Part shown: positions 18,128 to 28,109 of the stretch, one piece after another | How positions within the stretch are numbered: the first letter of the stretch is position 1 | Layout: every line of letters begins with the position of its first letter | NCBI GenBank assembly: GCA_002347025.1 | Contig: DEAE01000023.1 | Coordinates: 174,254 to 238,253 of the forward strand | Direction of reading: 5' to 3' | DNA from: Acidobacteria bacterium UBA2990 | Lineage (GTDB): Bacteria > Acidobacteriota > Vicinamibacteria > Vicinamibacterales > UBA8438 | DNA length: 64,000 nucleotides | Program-made: the position numbers and the translations under genes | Notes under the pieces: generated by a model | Database searches by the model: none | What the model was told of the DNA's origin: nothing | What the model saw: the letters and a program-made list of their open reading frames with translations, nothing else

Positions 18128-19849
18128 TCAAGGAAGGCCTTGATCGAGAGGCGTATCGAACAGCAATATCTGGGCCTGTTCGATAAGGTTGCGAAGGCCG
18201 ATCCGGTTCAGGGCTGACACTGCAACGCCATTGTGCCTTCTGGCCAGGGCCGTGCCAATGCCTGGTGGGAGTCGGTCTATCTGATTGAAGACAAGAAGTT
18301 CTGGAATGTCTGCCAGACCGATACCCGAAAGAACACGGCGCACTATTTCCATGCGGCGCTCGATGTCCTGTTCGGTTGCATCAACCACGTGGAGCAACAG
18401 GTCCGCGTCTTGGAGCTCTTCCAGGGTCGCGTGAAATGCTGCAACTAGGTCTTCTGGAAGATCCCGAATGAAGCCGACGGTATCGGTTATCACTACCTCC
18501 CGATCGCGTGGGACCCGGAGGCGCCTGGATGTGGGATCGAGGGTCGCAAAAAGGCGATCAGCTACTAGCACATCTGTGCGCGTCAGACTGCGCAACAAGG
18601 TGCTTTTTCCGGCGTTTGTGTAGCCGACGATAGACAGAGTGGGAACGTTGCGCCTGCGCCTCTGTTTCCGCCTCGATTCCCGCTGGAGGCGTAATTGTGC
18701 CAACTCCCGCTCTAATCGGTTGATACGGTCGCGGACTCTCCGGCGGTCAACTTCGAGCTTGCTTTCCCCGGGACCACGTCCTCCGATTCCCCCTGCAAGC
18801 CTAGAGAGGGATAGGTCGCCCCGCTGCGCCAGTCGGGGTAGTCGGTAACGCAGCTGAGCTAGTTCGACTTGTAACTTCCCATCGCGAGTAGTGGCGCGCT
18901 GGGCGAAGATGTCGAGAATTAACTGGGTTCGGTCGATTACTCGAAGTTCCAAGCGCTCCGCGAGATTTCGTGCCTGGACAGGCGTGAGGTTTTGATCGAA
19001 GATGACTAGGTCGACATTGCTTTGGAATGCGTCGATGACCAGGTCGCGGAGGCGTCCAGAGCCTATCAGATAGCGTGGGTCTATGTGGGTTCGACGCTGA
19101 CTCAATACATCCACGACGTCTACGTCTGCCGATTGGGCTAGTTCCCTGAGCTCCTGCAATTGGGCGTCGGTTTCGGCCTTGCTGCGCCCTGCGGTTACGG
19201 ATACGAGAATGGCCCCTTCGCCAGAGGTCACTTTGCTCCCGTGGACGTGTCTAGCAAACAGGTCTTCTCGGTCTTGGATCCATTGGCGAAAGTCGAAGTC
19301 TATTTGTGAAGGCGGCTTGGAGGGTAGCCGCTCAATGGGGTTCTCTCCTTTTGCTGCCGGTCGAAGTGCTGCTATATGAGCGACACTTGGTAGTCCGTTA
19401 TCGTCGGTTGTAAGGGCGACCATAGCGTCCAGTCGTAGAATGGCGAGGTCAGTGAGGTCGTCTCGACTAAGAGGCTCTATCCCGACGTGGCTATGTATAC
19501 AGCGGAATCCACGCAGGCGCCCATGGCCAGCGCGGATGCGTCCCCAGTCAGGCATTTCCAGACTTCTGGCGTCCCCGACCATGACGTGAGTGACCATCCC
19601 TCGGCGGTCCACCAGTACGCCCAATTGTCGACCGGTTTCATGGGTCCACCCACATATTTCGCGGGCTAGCTCTTGGGTAACTAATCGTTCAGGAGGCAAA
19701 CGGCGACGGCTGAGTCGGTCTAAGCGCCTTAGGTAGCTCGTCTTTAGGCCTTGGGTATTACCGAAAATGCCGATGGAATCCTCCAGAGAGCGATTGGGCG
19801 TCGAAGCCCGTGACCAGCGTGGTAGTTCTAGTGCTGTCAGTGGGGCCAT
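18128..19849 (-). CDS. hflX: GTPase HflX (long N-terminal form)
   Basis: 573-aa ORF. G1 motif GYTNAGKSTL, G3 motif DTVGF, G4-like NQID. The preceding HflX-type glycine-rich and coiled region (GGIGGRGPGESKLE) is diagnostic. Confidence 0.85.
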   Translation of the reverse strand: MAPLTALELPRWSRASTPNRSLEDSIGIFGNTQGLKTSYLRRLDRLSRRRLPPERLVTQELAREICGWTHETGRQLGVLVDRRGMVTHVMVGDARSLEMPDWGRIRAGHGRLRGFRCIHSHVGIEPLSRDDLTDLAILRLDAMVALTTDDNGLPSVAHIAALRPAAKGENPIERLPSKPPSQIDFDFRQWIQDREDLFARHVHGSKVTSGEGAILVSVTAGRSKAETDAQLQELRELAQSADVDVVDVLSQRRTHIDPRYLIGSGRLRDLVIDAFQSNVDLVIFDQNLTPVQARNLAERLELRVIDRTQLILDIFAQRATTRDGKLQVELAQLRYRLPRLAQRGDLSLSRLAGGIGGRGPGESKLEVDRRRVRDRINRLERELAQLRLQRESRRKQRRRRNVPTLSIVGYTNAGKSTLLRSLTRTDVLVADRLFATLDPTSRRLRVPRDREVVITDTVGFIRDLPEDLVAAFHATLEELQDADLLLHVVDATEQDIERRMEIVRRVLSGIGLADIPELLVFNQIDRLPPGIGTALARRHNGVAVSALNRIGLRNLIEQAQILLFDTPLDQGLP

Positions 19850-20024
19850 TATAAGCTTGGCACCCTGTCGAAGATCTTATTGGCCTCTTGATGACTCACG
19901 TATTTCCTGGACGTCAGACATTCAAGACCGGTTCCGTATGATGGCCTGCCAAGCAGTTCTGGCAAGAACCTAAAAGACCCGGCGTGCTATTCTGACGGTG
20001 GATTCGATCCAAAAGGGGCGGAAG

Positions 20025-21038
20025 ATGAATAAATCCGACTTTGGCCTGGCGCGGGTGGCGCTGGCGGGATTGGTGCTGGTTGGCTGGCTTCCGAGTCTGG
20101 TACTAGCCCAAGGTGATGGGTATTCCCCACCGCGGAACCTTTATGGGCAACCCGACCTGCAGGGTATATGGGGCAGTAACAGTATTACTCCACTTGAGCG
20201 GCCCGATGTGTTGGTCGACCAAACTACGCTGATTTCCGAGGAATTAGCCCGCGTAGAGGCCACTGCTGAGGCACTATTTGCGTTGGATGCCGGAGATGCA
20301 GCGTTTGGCGATCAGTTTTTTAATGTAGCAATCTCAGATGCTGACAGTTTTACCTCTAGTGACGGTGGAACTGGCAATTACAATCAATTTTGGTTGGTGG
20401 AACGGGACTTTAACAACCGGACGTCCTTGATTGTGGATCCAGTAAATGGACGACTGTCAGCTACTACTCTTGCAGCCAAAGCTGCCCATACATTGGCACG
20501 TAGAGGACGGGGGCAACCTGCAGCATGGACAGAGGATCGTGGGCTGAGCGAAAGGTGTATCACGTTCGGTTTACCCAACTTGCTCGCCGGCTATAACAGT
20601 TACTACCAAATATTTCAGACTCCTGCCTATGTTGTTATTGAACAGGAGCTGATTCACACCACACGGATCATTCCGTTGGATGGTCGGCCGCATGTTAGCG
20701 AAGAGATTCGTCAATGGCATGGCGATTCGCGTGGCCGGTGGGAGGGTGACACGCTAGTGGTAGTAACAAAACAATTTTCTCCTCAAAGTAATTTTCGCGG
20801 CGCTCGAGAGCACCTGGTCTTGGTCGAGCGGTTTACTCGTGTTGCTGATGACGAGATGCATTACGAGTTTACCGTGAGCGATAGCACGACTTGGGAGCAG
20901 ACCTGGACGGCTGTAGTGCCGTGGAAAAGAACTACAGATCCAATGTTCGAGTACGCCTGTCATGAAGGAAATATAGGTATGGAAGGGATTCTGGCTGGAG
21001 CCCGTTCGGAGGAAGTTTCGTCTAGTGAACGTCGCTAG
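20025..21038 (+). CDS. Exported protein of unrecognised family, paralogue 1 of 4 (EYACHEGN family)
   Basis: ORF track gives 19998..21038. I prefer ATG 20025 (MNKSDF). Signal peptide ends LVLAQG. Shares PDLQGIW, TPLERP, YNQFW, RTSLIVDP, ERC, WEGDTLVV, VERFTRV and FEYACHEGN blocks with 21054-22109, 27102-28100 and 36040-37020. Confidence 0.7.
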   Translation: MNKSDFGLARVALAGLVLVGWLPSLVLAQGDGYSPPRNLYGQPDLQGIWGSNSITPLERPDVLVDQTTLISEELARVEATAEALFALDAGDAAFGDQFFNVAISDADSFTSSDGGTGNYNQFWLVERDFNNRTSLIVDPVNGRLSATTLAAKAAHTLARRGRGQPAAWTEDRGLSERCITFGLPNLLAGYNSYYQIFQTPAYVVIEQELIHTTRIIPLDGRPHVSEEIRQWHGDSRGRWEGDTLVVVTKQFSPQSNFRGAREHLVLVERFTRVADDEMHYEFTVSDSTTWEQTWTAVVPWKRTTDPMFEYACHEGNIGMEGILAGARSEEVSSSERR

Positions 21039-21080
21039 ACAACCTTCTGAGAATTGGATGAGAGTGGTCAGTCTTTGTCG

Positions 21081-22109
21081 ATGTTTGATTGTGAGGTGCC
21101 TGTGAGAAATCGAGTCTTCTGGCGAGTGTTGCCGGTTGTGGTGGCAATGGGCGGATGCTTTGCGGTTAGCCCTCAGGGTGCAGCCGGACAGCCAAGGGGT
21201 GAGACTGGTGGCTGGGAGGCGCCCTTCACGGGATGGGGTGTGCCGGATTTACAAGGCATTTGGACCAATGCCACCCTGACACCAATAGAACGACCTGACG
21301 GACTGGGTGATAAAGCCGTGCTATCTAACGAAGAGGCAGCGGAGTTTGAGGTCCGCTCGGCCGAGGGTCGGGCTGCATCTGATCGGTTCGTCCTCGGTAA
21401 TGTTGGTGCCTACAACCAATTTTGGATGGATAGTGGGAAAAGTGTTACGGGTGACCGACGTACGTCATTGATCACGGATCCGCCGGATGGACGAATTCCG
21501 TGGACTCCCGATGGCCGTCGTCGACTCGAGAGCGACATGGCCAGATATGGTGTCGGACCATTTGAAACTTACGAGGATGCCGACACCGGAGAACGCTGTC
21601 TCACCGATGGGCTGCCGTTGGTGCCACTGCAGGGCTACAACATGAATTACCACATCCTCCAGTCCCCAGGATGGGTTGTGATCTTGAACGAAATGTTTCA
21701 CGAATACCGCGCAATACCGGTGGATGGACGAGCACACTTGCGTGAGGGTGTAGCTCAACTATTGGGTGATGCTCGGGGTTGGTGGGATGGGGACACGTTG
21801 GTGGTGGAGACGACGAATTTTTCTGACACTCGTCACTTCCTCTGGCGAGCTACGTGGCGTGGATCTAGACCCTCGCTCCACCTGATTGAACGATTTACAC
21901 GGGTCAGTGACGATACGATCGATTATGAGTTTACGATGACAGACCCAACGATGTTTACACGACCCTGGACGGCACGATTGCCAATGACTACCGACCAGGG
22001 GGCCCGTGGTGTGACCTCTGGTCCGATGTTCGAGTATGCCTGCCACGAAGGTAACTATGGCCTATTGAACATCATGAGAGGAGCCCGGATCGAAGAACTG
22101 GGACGCTAA
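21081..22109 (+). CDS. Exported protein of unrecognised family, paralogue 2 of 4
   Basis: ORF track gives 21054..22109 (TTG). ATG 21081 or GTG 21102 would give a cleaner signal peptide (RVLPVVVAMGGCFAV). It has the same conserved blocks as paralogue 1. It begins 15-60 nt after paralogue 1. Confidence 0.7.
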   Translation: MFDCEVPVRNRVFWRVLPVVVAMGGCFAVSPQGAAGQPRGETGGWEAPFTGWGVPDLQGIWTNATLTPIERPDGLGDKAVLSNEEAAEFEVRSAEGRAASDRFVLGNVGAYNQFWMDSGKSVTGDRRTSLITDPPDGRIPWTPDGRRRLESDMARYGVGPFETYEDADTGERCLTDGLPLVPLQGYNMNYHILQSPGWVVILNEMFHEYRAIPVDGRAHLREGVAQLLGDARGWWDGDTLVVETTNFSDTRHFLWRATWRGSRPSLHLIERFTRVSDDTIDYEFTMTDPTMFTRPWTARLPMTTDQGARGVTSGPMFEYACHEGNYGLLNIMRGARIEELGR

Positions 22110-22193
22110 AGGTAAAACGGTTTTAGGGCTGCGATGTGCGGTTTAGCGGGAGATGGTCAGATATCTACCAGCGCCATTGAATGAGGAAGGGAT

Positions 22194-23228
22194 GTGATGA
22201 CACAGGGGTCTAGATCTTATATGTACCTGTCGTTTCAGGATGATAATGTCGTTTCGATCTTTTCCGTTGATCCGAGAACGGGACAACTGGAGCGGCAGCA
22301 GGATGTAGCCCTTGAGGGTGGGCCCGCGCCGATGGCGATTAGTCCTGATCAGCGGGTGCTGCATGTAGGCAAGCGAGGAAGCCAAGAAATGTCTGGTTAT
22401 CGGATAGACCCGACAACGGGAGGGCTTGAGCATATCCGGACAATTCCCTTGCAAGGTGAGCCGGTCTACGTCGCAATGGACCGCACCGGTCGGTTCGTTC
22501 TGTCGGCCTACTACTATCAAAGTACCGCTGCGGTCCACCGTGTGGGTCCGGATGGGGTTGCTGTCTTCCCGCCGGTAGAGTGGAGATATACGTCTCATGG
22601 CGCCCACGCTATTCAGACAGACCGGTCGAACCGATTCGCGTTTGTGCCCCATATCGCCAATAGAGGACCGAATGCGATCTTCCAATTTCGGTTTGATGAG
22701 ACCAGCGGACGCCTAACTCCGAATAAGCCGGAACGGTATTCGCCGACTGCTTATCTGGGCCCTCGTGCCCTGGTTTTTCACCCGAACCTTGACATCGTCT
22801 ATTTCTCTGATGAGCAGGGTGGCAGCGTCAGTGGGTATTCCGTTGATAGTCGTAACGGGATATTGACGCCGTTCCAAACGATTTCTACCCTTCCAGAGAA
22901 CTACGCCGAACCCAACACTTGTTCACAGATAGCGATGCATCCATCTGGTCGATTCCTGTACGCACCCAATCGCGGTCACAATAGTGTGGCCAGTTTTGCT
23001 GTCGACCCTGTAAACGGTCGGCTCACAGCGACAGGTAGGGTTGCCACGGAGCCCGTGCCAAGAGCTTTCAATCTAGACCCAGCTGGTGGCTTCTTGTATT
23101 CCACCGGGTTGGACTCCGGTTTGATCGCTTCTTATCGAATTGATCAGGAGACCGGCGAACTAACTCCTCTCGAGACCTACCAAGGGGGCAACAGGCCGAT
23201 GTGGGTCTTATTCGCAAGTTTTGCCTGA
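22194..23228 (+). CDS. 7-bladed beta-propeller lactonase family protein (Pgl/YbhE-like)
   Basis: 344-aa ORF. Recurrent blade signature (VSIFSVDPRTGQL, MSGYRIDPTTGGL, VSGYSVDSRNGIL, VASFAVDPVNGRL, IASYRIDQETGEL) is typical of the lactonase propeller family. Confidence 0.7.
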   Translation: MMTQGSRSYMYLSFQDDNVVSIFSVDPRTGQLERQQDVALEGGPAPMAISPDQRVLHVGKRGSQEMSGYRIDPTTGGLEHIRTIPLQGEPVYVAMDRTGRFVLSAYYYQSTAAVHRVGPDGVAVFPPVEWRYTSHGAHAIQTDRSNRFAFVPHIANRGPNAIFQFRFDETSGRLTPNKPERYSPTAYLGPRALVFHPNLDIVYFSDEQGGSVSGYSVDSRNGILTPFQTISTLPENYAEPNTCSQIAMHPSGRFLYAPNRGHNSVASFAVDPVNGRLTATGRVATEPVPRAFNLDPAGGFLYSTGLDSGLIASYRIDQETGELTPLETYQGGNRPMWVLFASFA

Positions 23229-23317
23229 ATTCCCTGATTACAAAGATTGGTAGAGGCTGACCGCGTTCAGTTGAAGTGACTCGAGCTGGACCTCAGATTC
23301 ATCTGCGAGACCTAATC

Positions 23318-24958
23318 ATGCACGGTTTGATGATGGAGTATCCGTTAACGATCGACCGGATAATCGACCATGCAAACCGTCTATTTACGCACAAACAAAT
23401 TCGAACCAGGCAAGTCGATGGAAGGGTGCACGAGTATACATATGGGGATCTTTATCGTCGTAGCCGTCGTTTGGCGAGTGCTTTGGTGAAACGAGGGATC
23501 AAGACGGGTGATCGGGTGGCGACGTTTGCATGGAATCATTACCAACACTTGGAGATGTACTTCGGAATTCCCGGGGCTGGAGCTGTTTGCCATACGTTGA
23601 ATGTGCGGCTGTCACCAAGACAACTGGCTTACATCGCATCTCATGCCGAGGACAGGATCGTGTTTGTGGACGCCACGGTGCTGCCTCTGTTCGAACCGAT
23701 AGCCAGGCAGCTCGAATGTGTAGAACAGTTTGTAGTGGTTAATGCCCAGAATGAAGGAGAAACAAGTTTACCCAACGTGGTGCACTACGAAGACTTCTTG
23801 ACTGAAGGTGACGAAGAGTGCGAGTGGCGCTCGACTGACGAGCAGATGGCGATGGGGTTGTGTTATACGAGTGGCACTACTGGAGACCCCAAGGGGGCAC
23901 TGTATAGCCATCGATCGATGTACTTGCACACACTAGGTGCGAATCAAGCGATGGCATTGGGGCTGACCGAAAACGATGTGGTCATGCCGGTCGTGCCGCA
24001 GTTTCATGCGATGGCCTGGGGTTTACCGTATGCCTGTCCTTTAGCCGGGGCTGATGTTGTGATGCCAGGGCCAGATCTACGACCGAGCATATTGGCTGAT
24101 TTGATCGAGTCTTATCAGATTACGGTAGCAGCGGGAGTGCCTAGCATTTGGAACGGGCTCTATCATGAGCTCAAGGAGAATCGTCGAGATCTTTCAAGTC
24201 TTCGAGCGCTAGTCGTTGGCGGTTCAGCGATGCCGCGGGCTCTCATAGAGGCTTACGAGCAAGACTTGGGTGTGAACGTGGTACATGCTTGGGGTATGAC
24301 GGAACTCTCGCCATTAGGTACAGTTTCCAGGCTTCATCGCCAGCATCTCATGCTGGGCAAGGCCGAGCGGTGGGATGTGAAGGCACGTCAAGGGGTGCCG
24401 TTAGGAGGAGTCGAACTACGAATTGTCGGTGATGCGGGAACTCCGCTGCCCTGGGATGGCAAGACGATGGGAGAACTTCAGGCCAGGGGGCCATGGGTGA
24501 TCAAAAGCTATTTCAAGCATGAGCCTACTCCGGAGCATTTTACTTCAGACGGTTGGTTCAGGACAGGTGATGTGGCTACGATGACATCGGATGGGTTTCT
24601 AACCATTACAGACCGGACGAAAGACTTGGTGAAGAGTGGAGGCGAATGGATTTCGACCGTCGCACTTGAAGGCGAGCTGATGGCCCACGACCACGTATTG
24701 GAGGCCGCCGTGATTGCTGTGCCGGACGAGAAGTGGTCAGAGCGCCCCTTGGCGGTGGTGGTTCCAATCCAAGCTGGCGAGGTGACGGAGGGAGAGTTGC
24801 GAGATTACTTGCTGAAACGGTTTGCGAAGTTTGAAGTGCCAGAGAAATTCATCTTTGTCGAAGAACTCCCAAAGACGAGTGTGGGGAAGTTTGATAAGAA
24901 GTTGCTCCGAGTCCGGTATGCTGAGAAGAAATTGCAATCAGGAGAAATCCACCCGTGA
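23318..24958 (+). CDS. AMP-dependent acyl-CoA synthetase/ligase (fatty-acid-CoA ligase-like)
   Basis: ORF track gives 23276..24958. ATG 23318 is likely. AMP-binding motif [16 protein letters not shown]...ITDRTKD, and C-terminal [10 protein letters not shown]. Confidence 0.85.
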   Translation: MHGLMMEYPLTIDRIIDHANRLFTHKQIRTRQVDGRVHEYTYGDLYRRSRRLASALVKRGIKTGDRVATFAWNHYQHLEMYFGIPGAGAVCHTLNVRLSPRQLAYIASHAEDRIVFVDATVLPLFEPIARQLECVEQFVVVNAQNEGETSLPNVVHYEDFLTEGDEECEWRSTDEQMAMGLCYTSGTTGDPKGALYSHRSMYLHTLGANQAMALGLTENDVVMPVVPQFHAMAWGLPYACPLAGADVVMPGPDLRPSILADLIESYQITVAAGVPSIWNGLYHELKENRRDLSSLRALVVGGSAMPRALIEAYEQDLGVNVVHAWGMTELSPLGTVSRLHRQHLMLGKAERWDVKARQGVPLGGVELRIVGDAGTPLPWDGKTMGELQARGPWVIKSYFKHEPTPEHFTSDGWFRTGDVATMTSDGFLTITDRTKDLVKSGGEWISTVALEGELMAHDHVLEAAVIAVPDEKWSERPLAVVVPIQAGEVTEGELRDYLLKRFAKFEVPEKFIFVEELPKTSVGKFDKKLLRVRYAEKKLQSGEIHP

Positions 24959-25728
24959 AGATGTCTAAGTTGTTGATCGGCATGGCGGTCGTTGTCGGGG
25001 CAGTGTCGGCATTTCCGGTGTTGGCTCAGGAACCACTGCCGGCCGGCGGTTTATATGCTGGCTCCCCCTACTTGGGGGACCTTCGAAACTCGTTGGTCTA
25101 CGGGGACATCTGGGAAAGGCCAGAGCTTTCGAAAAGGGACCGGAGCCTCATCACAATTGGAGTGCTTCAGGCGTTAACAAGAGAAGAACTGGCCATTCAT
25201 ATTCCCCGAGGGCTTGATAACGGCCTAACACCTGCAGAGATTTCAGAAATCATCCTTCATGTCACGTTTTACGCCGGTTGGCCAACAGGGGTACAGGCTT
25301 CGCTGACCGCGGCTGAAGCTTTCCAGGAGCTGGGTGTTTCGATTGGCCCGCTGAGGAGGGCCCCCGCCGAATCAGCCCGAGTCCTTATTGTGCCTGACCA
25401 AACTGGTAATCGCGCTTATGCGGCGGTCCCGAAGTTGGGTGAACTGCGCAATAGTGTTCTGTTTGGGGATGTTTGGGAGCGACCGCAGCTGTTGAAACGA
25501 GACCGTAGTTTGCTTACGATGGCGGTTCTTCAGGCACTATATGCAACAAACGAATTGCGGATTCATATTGGTAGAGCACTCGACGAGTATGGTGTGACGG
25601 CCCAAGAGGTGTCTGAAACAATACTGCATGTGACGTTCTACGCAGGTTGGGCTGCTGCGATTAATGCTGGTCGACTCGCGGCTGATGCGTTTGAGGAACG
25701 TGGAGTAGATTTCAGCCGCCTACAGTGA
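24955..25728 (+). CDS. Tandem carboxymuconolactone decarboxylase (CMD/AhpD-like) domain protein, exported
   Basis: 257-aa ORF. GTG 24955 overlaps the upstream stop (GTGA). Signal peptide ([11 protein letters not shown]). Two homologous halves: [26 protein letters not shown]...[11 protein letters not shown] and [26 protein letters not shown]...[11 protein letters not shown]. Confidence 0.75.
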   Translation: MKMSKLLIGMAVVVGAVSAFPVLAQEPLPAGGLYAGSPYLGDLRNSLVYGDIWERPELSKRDRSLITIGVLQALTREELAIHIPRGLDNGLTPAEISEIILHVTFYAGWPTGVQASLTAAEAFQELGVSIGPLRRAPAESARVLIVPDQTGNRAYAAVPKLGELRNSVLFGDVWERPQLLKRDRSLLTMAVLQALYATNELRIHIGRALDEYGVTAQEVSETILHVTFYAGWAAAINAGRLAADAFEERGVDFSRLQ

Positions 25729-25870
25729 GCGCAGGAAATGGTCGATTCCGTCTTTGATTGGTGCAGGGCGACCTTGACCTGCTGCTACTTCGAGGAACCT
25801 GAGGACACAGGTCTGAGGAACTCTGCCGATGTGTTGAGTAATGTGAGCTCCGCGGCGTCACGCGAAAGCT

Positions 25871-26989
25871 ATGGAGAATGCAATCATGTGCTCTCAGATA
25901 AATAGAGAATTATTCAGGTTTGTCGGTAATCTGGTGGTGTTGGTGAACTTCGCATCTGTTGCAGTTGTCGGACAATCATCGACCACGAATCCTTATCGAG
26001 CTACGTTTGGATGGGAAAAACTTCAGGAAGGTCGGGTCTTGGGGACGGTCAGCGGAGTCTTTCCAGACCCAGACGGAGCGCATCTCTGGGTCTTAGATCG
26101 CTGTGGTGCGAACCAGTGTGCCGGTTCAGATCTAGATCCCATTATGAAATTCGACCTCGCTGGGAATGTGGTAGAGAGCTTTGGGGCAGGACTATTCGCA
26201 TTTCCCCACGGGTTTTTTCTAGACCATGAGGGCTTCCTCTGGGTCACTGAAGGGGGTTCTCATGGGGACGCTAGGGCGACACTAGGTGAGAGCATGGGGA
26301 TTGGACATCAAGTCGTGAAATTAAACCAGCGGGGTGAGGTTGTGATGCGACTTGGTGAAGCGGGAGTATGGGGAGATGACGAGGCCCATTTTAATGGTCC
26401 TTCGGGTGTGGTGGTTGGCCGAGATGGAGATATTTGGGTCTCTGACGGACATCGCGGCGGTAACAACCGAATTCTGAAATTTTCGAGCGACGGTAGGTTT
26501 TTACTGGCGATCGGAGGCGGAGTCGGAAGTGAGAGCAAAGAGGCGACAGGCTTCAGTGATCCGCATGATATTAAGATGGATTCTCAGGGCCGAGTGTATG
26601 TTGCCGACCGCGGTAACAGTCGGATCCAGGTATTCAACGGGACCGGAGACTTGCTCTATATCTGGACCCATTACGGAAAGCCGAGTGGTCTGTTTATAGA
26701 TCGCAATGACATTCTTTATGCGGGTGATGGCTTGTCCGGTATGGTGCGAAGTGGTCCACCAGATAACTGGCGTAGCAATCTGGGTTGGGAGAAGGGCATT
26801 CGGATTGGCGATTTAAAGACGGAACAAGCATGGGTGACCCATTTTATTCCCCAGCACGATATAGATGTAGGGGCTGGAATTGAGTTTCTCGGTGTGGACT
26901 TTGCGGGCAATATTTACGCTGGCGAAGTCAGTCGACGGCGGTTGGTCCGGTATGTGCCATTTAGGCCTTCTGAATTGGGAGCTCGCTGA
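25871..26989 (+). CDS. NHL-repeat propeller protein, exported (paralogue of 38571-39731)
   Basis: 372-aa ORF. Hydrophobic N-terminus. DRCGANQCAGSDLDPIMKFDLAGNVV block is shared with 38571-39731. NHL blades VYVADRGNSRIQVF and IWVSDGHRGGNNRILKF. Confidence 0.7.
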   Translation: MENAIMCSQINRELFRFVGNLVVLVNFASVAVVGQSSTTNPYRATFGWEKLQEGRVLGTVSGVFPDPDGAHLWVLDRCGANQCAGSDLDPIMKFDLAGNVVESFGAGLFAFPHGFFLDHEGFLWVTEGGSHGDARATLGESMGIGHQVVKLNQRGEVVMRLGEAGVWGDDEAHFNGPSGVVVGRDGDIWVSDGHRGGNNRILKFSSDGRFLLAIGGGVGSESKEATGFSDPHDIKMDSQGRVYVADRGNSRIQVFNGTGDLLYIWTHYGKPSGLFIDRNDILYAGDGLSGMVRSGPPDNWRSNLGWEKGIRIGDLKTEQAWVTHFIPQHDIDVGAGIEFLGVDFAGNIYAGEVSRRRLVRYVPFRPSELGAR

Positions 26990-27101
26990 ATCTGTGCACT
27001 GGCTAGCCAGTTGAGTATGGCTTTTGAATGGCACCTAGGTGGCATAGGCTGGCTAGGGAGCTGGTTGGGTTGTTAACTACCCTTGAAGCTGGGAGGGAAC
27101 G

Positions 27102-28100
27102 ATGAAAAGGAGAATTGGTGTTCTGGTCGGACTGATAGTGGCTGGTATTGCCTTACCGACTGTTGTGGCCGCCCAACCAGGAGATGGAGAGGCGTGGGTG
27201 ATGCCTCGGACCTTCTGGGGGGAACCGGACCTTCAAGGTCTTTGGACATCGGCCACCCTGACTCCTCTTGAACGACCTGAACAACAGGCAGATGTCGATT
27301 CGTTGACGAATGAAGAAGCCGCGGCCCTTGAACAACGCTCTGCAGCGAACCGTGCTGCGAATGATGGTAAATCAGCACCGGGGAGTGTGGGTGGATATAA
27401 CCAGGTCTGGCTAGATGCGGGCACCCAAATTACCGGGAGCCGGCGAACTTCTTTGATTGTCGAGCCACCCGAAGGGGTGATCCCATGGGTGGCTGGGGCC
27501 GAAGCGGTAAGCGATCGAGAGCGGGCTCGCTATGGTGTTGGGCCATTTGAGTCATACACGGACCCAGACACGGGTGAACGATGCATCACCGACGGTCTCC
27601 CCAATATGGTCCCCCTACAGCCCTACAACATGAATATGCAGATTTTACAGACCCCTGAGCAGGTGGTGATGCTACACGAGATGTATCACGAGCTTCGGGT
27701 GATTCCGTTGGATGGCCGACCGCTAACCGGAATAGCGCAGTGGACGGGGGAAGCGCGAGGGCATTGGGATGGAGACACGTTGGTGGTTGAGACAAACAAC
27801 TTTGTTGACAAGCCAAATGCCTACTGGAGTGCGCCGTGGCGGAAAGCTCGGTCTACTTTACGTCTTGTGGAGCGATTCACCCGTGTTGGCCCTCAGTCGA
27901 TTGATTACACGTTCACACTTGAGGACCCAGTCGTGTTCACACAGCCTTGGACAGCTTCGGCGCCGATGACAACAGACCAGGCTTCGAGGGGTGTTACCTC
28001 AGGGCAGATTTGGGAATATGCCTGCCATGAAGGTAACCACGCGATGATCAACGTTCTGAGCGGAGCCCGGACTGCAGAGATCAGGGCCGGCGGTGAGTGA
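27102..28100 (+). CDS. Exported protein of unrecognised family, paralogue 3 of 4
   Basis: 332-aa ORF. GGGAGGG RBS. Signal peptide (GIALPTVVAAQP). Blocks PDLQGLW, TPLERP, YNQVW, RTSLIVEP, ERCITDGLP, WDGDTLVVET, VERFTRV and WEYACHEGN. Confidence 0.75.
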   Translation: MKRRIGVLVGLIVAGIALPTVVAAQPGDGEAWVMPRTFWGEPDLQGLWTSATLTPLERPEQQADVDSLTNEEAAALEQRSAANRAANDGKSAPGSVGGYNQVWLDAGTQITGSRRTSLIVEPPEGVIPWVAGAEAVSDRERARYGVGPFESYTDPDTGERCITDGLPNMVPLQPYNMNMQILQTPEQVVMLHEMYHELRVIPLDGRPLTGIAQWTGEARGHWDGDTLVVETNNFVDKPNAYWSAPWRKARSTLRLVERFTRVGPQSIDYTFTLEDPVVFTQPWTASAPMTTDQASRGVTSGQIWEYACHEGNHAMINVLSGARTAEIRAGGE

Positions 28101-28109
28101 TCACTGATG

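Noticed and set aside
20900-21000. ACH in the conserved EYACHEGN block, considered as a haem-c attachment site
   Set aside because: The first Cys of CxxCH is absent in all four paralogues: the residue at that position is Glu. It also does not fit the single-Cys (A/F)xxCH variant. A metal or catalytic site or a disulfide is more plausible.
22143-22685. 180-aa minus-strand ORF overlapping the lactonase gene. Similar long antisense ORFs occur at 59805-60341, 61158-61715, 63472-63945, 28346-28786 and 9285-9641.
   Set aside because: All lie opposite ORFs with clear family signatures and have no motifs or signal and RBS support. They are treated as shadow ORFs.
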